Of a stretch of 64,000 bases of DNA, positions 60,550-64,000 are shown piece after piece. Numbering within the stretch: the stretch's first letter is position 1; each line of letters starts with the position of its first letter. A model generated the notes under the pieces. It ran no database searches. It saw only the letters and a program-made list of their open reading frames with translations, and was not told where the DNA came from. The stretch covers positions 2,790,001-2,854,000 of the forward strand of contig JAMWBK010000001.1 of NCBI GenBank assembly GCA_029953675.1, written 5' to 3'. Source of the stretch: Rhodosorus marinus CCMP1338. Lineage: Eukaryota > Plantae > Rhodophyta. The translations under genes were made by a program, and so were the position numbers.

Positions 60550-62600
60550 AAGCCACAATCTGGCACAGAGAATGTCGCAACATGCGTCAGTGTTTCCGGT
60601 ACAACTTCTGCTAAGACCTTCTGCATTATTCTCAAACAGTTTCGATGAGTAAGGAATCCAGCCGGGACCTTTTCTTACAAGGCTATTGAACACCTTCCCG
60701 GGAGAACGAAGTGGCTCGATCCGGACGAATTTCGAAAGCTTTGCGCGGTAGTACACTCTTGGCGGCGAATGCAATGGGATGTGACGACAAGTACCGGACT
60801 ACGGATTCCTGATATTCCAGTTTTTGACCCCGTCACGTTCCTCCGTCTCCATCGCTTACTGTTGAAGCCCTCAGCGAAACGTTGTTTAGGCGGACACTGC
60901 GGTGCTCTATGCTACTTTGCACACGTCTTCGGTAATTTAGTGCCCTCAGAGTAGAGTACTTTTGCCTTTGTCTTGATCTATGAAGGAGAATGAGGAGATC
61001 CTCTAGCTCAGTTCCAAGCTCAGTGAGAGTGATGTTGCCATGTGAATTTACTAACATAGCCTCAAGCGCTACACCGGATATGATGCGAACTAGGTGCTGG
61101 GAACGCGTGCAAAGCAAGGCGGCGGTGCCGATCCTCGGCTATCATGCTGCTAGAATATCACTATTGAAAGAAACTGAACCGGCGAGGGAGTACAAGATAC
61201 TCGACGGGATGGTCAGTAAAACATTCGCGCCACTCTTAAGCTTGACTTTTCAAGATGACTGAGGCTTTCCACCATGAAAGTCTGCGCTCTATCCGAGGGA
61301 GTAACCTGTTCAGCGGTCAAAGGGAGTCCCGAATCTATGACCAGTTGGCGGAGCGAAGCTTTCAATTCGGATCAGGGCGTGGCGAAGTGTATTCCATTCC
61401 GCTCGTTGATGTTTTGTACTGTCACGGTGCAGCTGGAATGGACGGACGAGGTGACAAACAATGGTGTTGATAAACCTTAGATCTAGACTCTGACCGGGAT
61501 TTCAAGGCATGCTGTAATGCTCACTGACTATGCGGACAATTTTCGACTGTCTCGCCGCATTCGGTTGCGCAATGTATTCGCTATCTCTTCGCCGGCAAAG
61601 GCTACCAGTCGAGAGCGTGGATGAGCAGATTAGGTCCGAGGTAACTACGCGAAGGTCGAAGACAGTATTAACACCCAGAGTCAGCCATCGGTCGGGATTG
61701 AGCTTTTTTAACTGATTCCACTGGCAAATTACCGTAGCCCATTCGGTTTGTCTTGCTGCTTTCGGGAGACCCAAGCAATGCTCTTCTTTGACCTGGTGTA
61801 TTTTAATTAGAGACAGCTCAGGGCAAGCGGAATACTGCGTTGAGTGTAGACGGCTAAACGAATGCCGATTCCTCTTAGCAGCCATGCATGAGAGGGTTTT
61901 TCGACGCTTACGGCAGTAACCGTGTTGCCTCTGTGCCCAGTCCCGTCATAAACGCGCAGTAGATTGGTTTCTCCGCCTGTGATCTCCCACTATTCACCGT
62001 TTCCGCACAGAAGGCCCGCCTGTAGACAACAACGACGTGTTTTGCCGCCCGGACGTGCTGTAGTCTCATAATTTTGAACCTGCGATTACTAGATTCCAGG
62101 AACAAACTACTAAGTGCGAGGTAGATTGGTTTCTCCGTCTGCGTTCTCCCAATCACCGCGGCTTCCTCACAGAAGGTTCGCCTGTAGACTACAACGACGT
62201 GTTTTGCGGCCCAGATGTGTTGCGGTCCCATACAGTTGAGCCTGCAAGCTGGATTCCAGGAGCAAAGAGCATGACCATCCTCCGCAGTTTCAAGCGTTTT
62301 CAAGTCGATTTTCAGGGCCGCATTATGGTTACACAGGCTCGCTACCCGGTGCACCGGCTTAAATGCTTTCGTTCCTCCTGCTTAGTTCGAATTATGTATT
62401 CGTAGTGAATCCGTCGGGAATTAGTAGTGAAAGACCCTGCGAAGCAATATCTATCCAGCCACTCTGACCCCCTTGGAGCCCCAGAACGGTCCTCAGCATC
62501 GATTTAAACGCCAACTTCCGCGCGTCTACAACAGAATCTGTACCGCAAAAGGAATTTATTTTCTGACGTTGACAATCCAGCCCAAAAGTTTTTGGAGAAG
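60550..62600 (-). mobile_element. Decayed LINE reverse-transcriptase region
   Basis: Minus-strand remnants in RT order: VVVYRR...IYCAFMTG, CLGLPKA...W...KKL..DRW, SGLPL, then LLPRIERRLSWWKAS...IPSSILYSL (post-RT pattern L.KI..RL..WK...S.P.Y). Many stops. Confidence 0.5.
61959..62270. repeat. Diverged 162-bp tandem duplication (~1.9 copies)
   Basis: gtagattggtttctcc begins at 61959 and 62121, and the copies stay colinear through acagaagg, cctgtagac, acaacgacgtgtttg and attccagga. Confidence 0.9.
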
Positions 62601-63152
62601 CAGAGAGACCGCGGGTCTCAAACGCACGTCAACAAAGACCTGGTGAGGCTGGCACGCCGCATTCGCACATTGCTTTTGGGCGAGTTTCGGAACGTGTTTC
62701 GGACTCTTCTCCAATCCTGGTTGCTACTTTACTTCTTTAGAGGCCGGTGGGGATCTCTGCTTGGCCTAGTCTCCCTCCTCTCAGGGTTGTCGTCGCTTTC
62801 TAAAGGATGAAATCGTAAAACCGTCATTACCAGGCCACTAAACGTTGGTAGTTCTTGGTTGGAGTAAACGAACGGTTTCTGTGGATGATAAGATAGTGGT
62901 TTCTTCAGGGAGGACACAGTGCGAGAGGAGTGCACCGGGTGAGTCGTGGGAAGGGTCTGGTGTGTTCGCTAGGGATGGGGGGCCGGTTGGAATGGGGGTT
63001 GCTGTCAGCACATCGATGGGCTTTGGGAGTGCCTGGTTCGAACGAGTTTAGGCATGTTCGAGTGGTTGCTGTTTAGGATTGGGGCAACTCTCAATGGATA
63101 CTGTTTTGCCGATGACGGACTATTTTGCTATAGGTAAGGGCGTGTGAAAGTC

Positions 63153-64000
63153 ATGAGCGACGGAGAGGACTTTTTTGGGGGGGGTTGGTTTTCTGTGTCG
63201 GTATTGAGCGAGGTAACGCCTTTTGACCTGTTGTAGGAACATTCCTTGGCGATAGCACGGATAGTCGGGCTCTTTGTAATGAGAAGATCAAGGACCGTGC
63301 GCGCCGGAATGGGTTCGACATCGTCATTCGCAGCTCTGATCCGTTTGTAATGCACTATACCTGCGCCACGAAGAGGAGGGATGGAAAGGAGGAGCAGGAG
63401 CTGCAATTTTCGGAGACCTCGACTCGGAAAAAAGTAAAGCGGAAAAGAGTATCAAGGAGGGTAACCCAGTGCCCGTTCTCTGTAACGGTAGGCTAAGCGC
63501 GGGTTGGTGTTGACTTTGTTAAGTTTGTGATCCGAAGAAGCTCAACTCTTCCAATTCATCTATCCCCATAACAGGCGAAAAAGATTGTCAAGGCTCATCT
63601 GGATGACCTTGACAAATTCTGCATGTCGAAGAGGAGGGAAAACCTGCTGAAAATCTTCCACGGAAGGATTCCTTCAAAGGAAGAGCTTCGGGAAGGCTGG
63701 TACATCGCGGCGTCCCACTCGGTTCACATGGGACACGAACGCAGTTACTCACCCACGCTTCGCTCGACCGGCTACGAAGCGTTTGAGGAAGACGCATTGG
63801 ATGCCTACGCGCGGGATTACGCGACCCGATCGGACTACTATTTTCGAAACTCGACCACTTCTGAACGCACCAGCTTGCTCAACGAGCTTTCGAGGAGGGA
63901 GGTTCTGAGGACCAAGAAGAACTCTGTTATTAGTGAAAAGCGTGCGGAACCAGAGCCCGGTACGGAGAACCGAGCGCGGGTGGCAGATCTTCTCAACTAT
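63153..64000 (+). mobile_element. FAR1-type DNA-binding domain / Mutator-like transposase N-terminus, disrupted, running off the window
   Basis: Frame 63227-63496 reads PVVGTF...ARRNGFDIVIRSS...YTC...RVSRRVTQCPFSVTV. After a stop and frameshift, a second frame is open from 63523 to the window end. Confidence 0.5.

Noticed and set aside
61180-61260. LKVKLKSGANVLL resembling a PIF1/Helitron helicase motif
   Set aside because: The surrounding sequence fits the post-RT region of a LINE better, and no other helicase motifs are present.
1-64000. rRNA, tRNA, spliceosomal snRNA and CRISPR arrays
   Set aside because: No cloverleaf/T-loop context, no U1/U2/U6 signature sequences and no repeat-spacer arrays seen by eye. 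A covariance-model scan could still find divergent RNAs.

Overview
Gene-dense eukaryotic nuclear DNA with GC-rich exons, short GT-AG introns and AT-rich spacers. It is most likely a red alga; this is an inference from plastid-type N-terminal extensions without ER signals and from the gene families present. About 20 genes can be supported in 0.8-57 kb: alkaline phosphatase, Na+/H+ exchanger, tRNase Z-like, thioredoxin-NHL, plastid ClpB, squalene synthase, NOP9, NSE2/MMS21, JMJD8-like, RING, peroxiredoxin, a sulfotransferase-like gene plus its pseudogene twin, hemerythrin-like, OTU, SufS-like, coatomer beta', UXS and a PP4R4-like HEAT protein. The last ~6 kb is a transposon graveyard with non-LTR retrotransposon relics and a FAR1/Mutator-like relic. 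I found no rRNA, tRNA, snRNA or CRISPR, and no clear multi-gene novel system. The best leads are enzymes with altered active sites: a SufS homologue with Gln in place of its catalytic Cys, a tRNase Z lacking its tRNA-binding arm, a peroxiredoxin with an active-site loop insertion and a hemerythrin-like fold lacking His ligands. Other leads are a perfect 49-bp palindrome and a 9-bp (Gly-His-Leu)n minisatellite. Family calls come from motifs recognised by eye with no database search, and exon boundaries are manual predictions.
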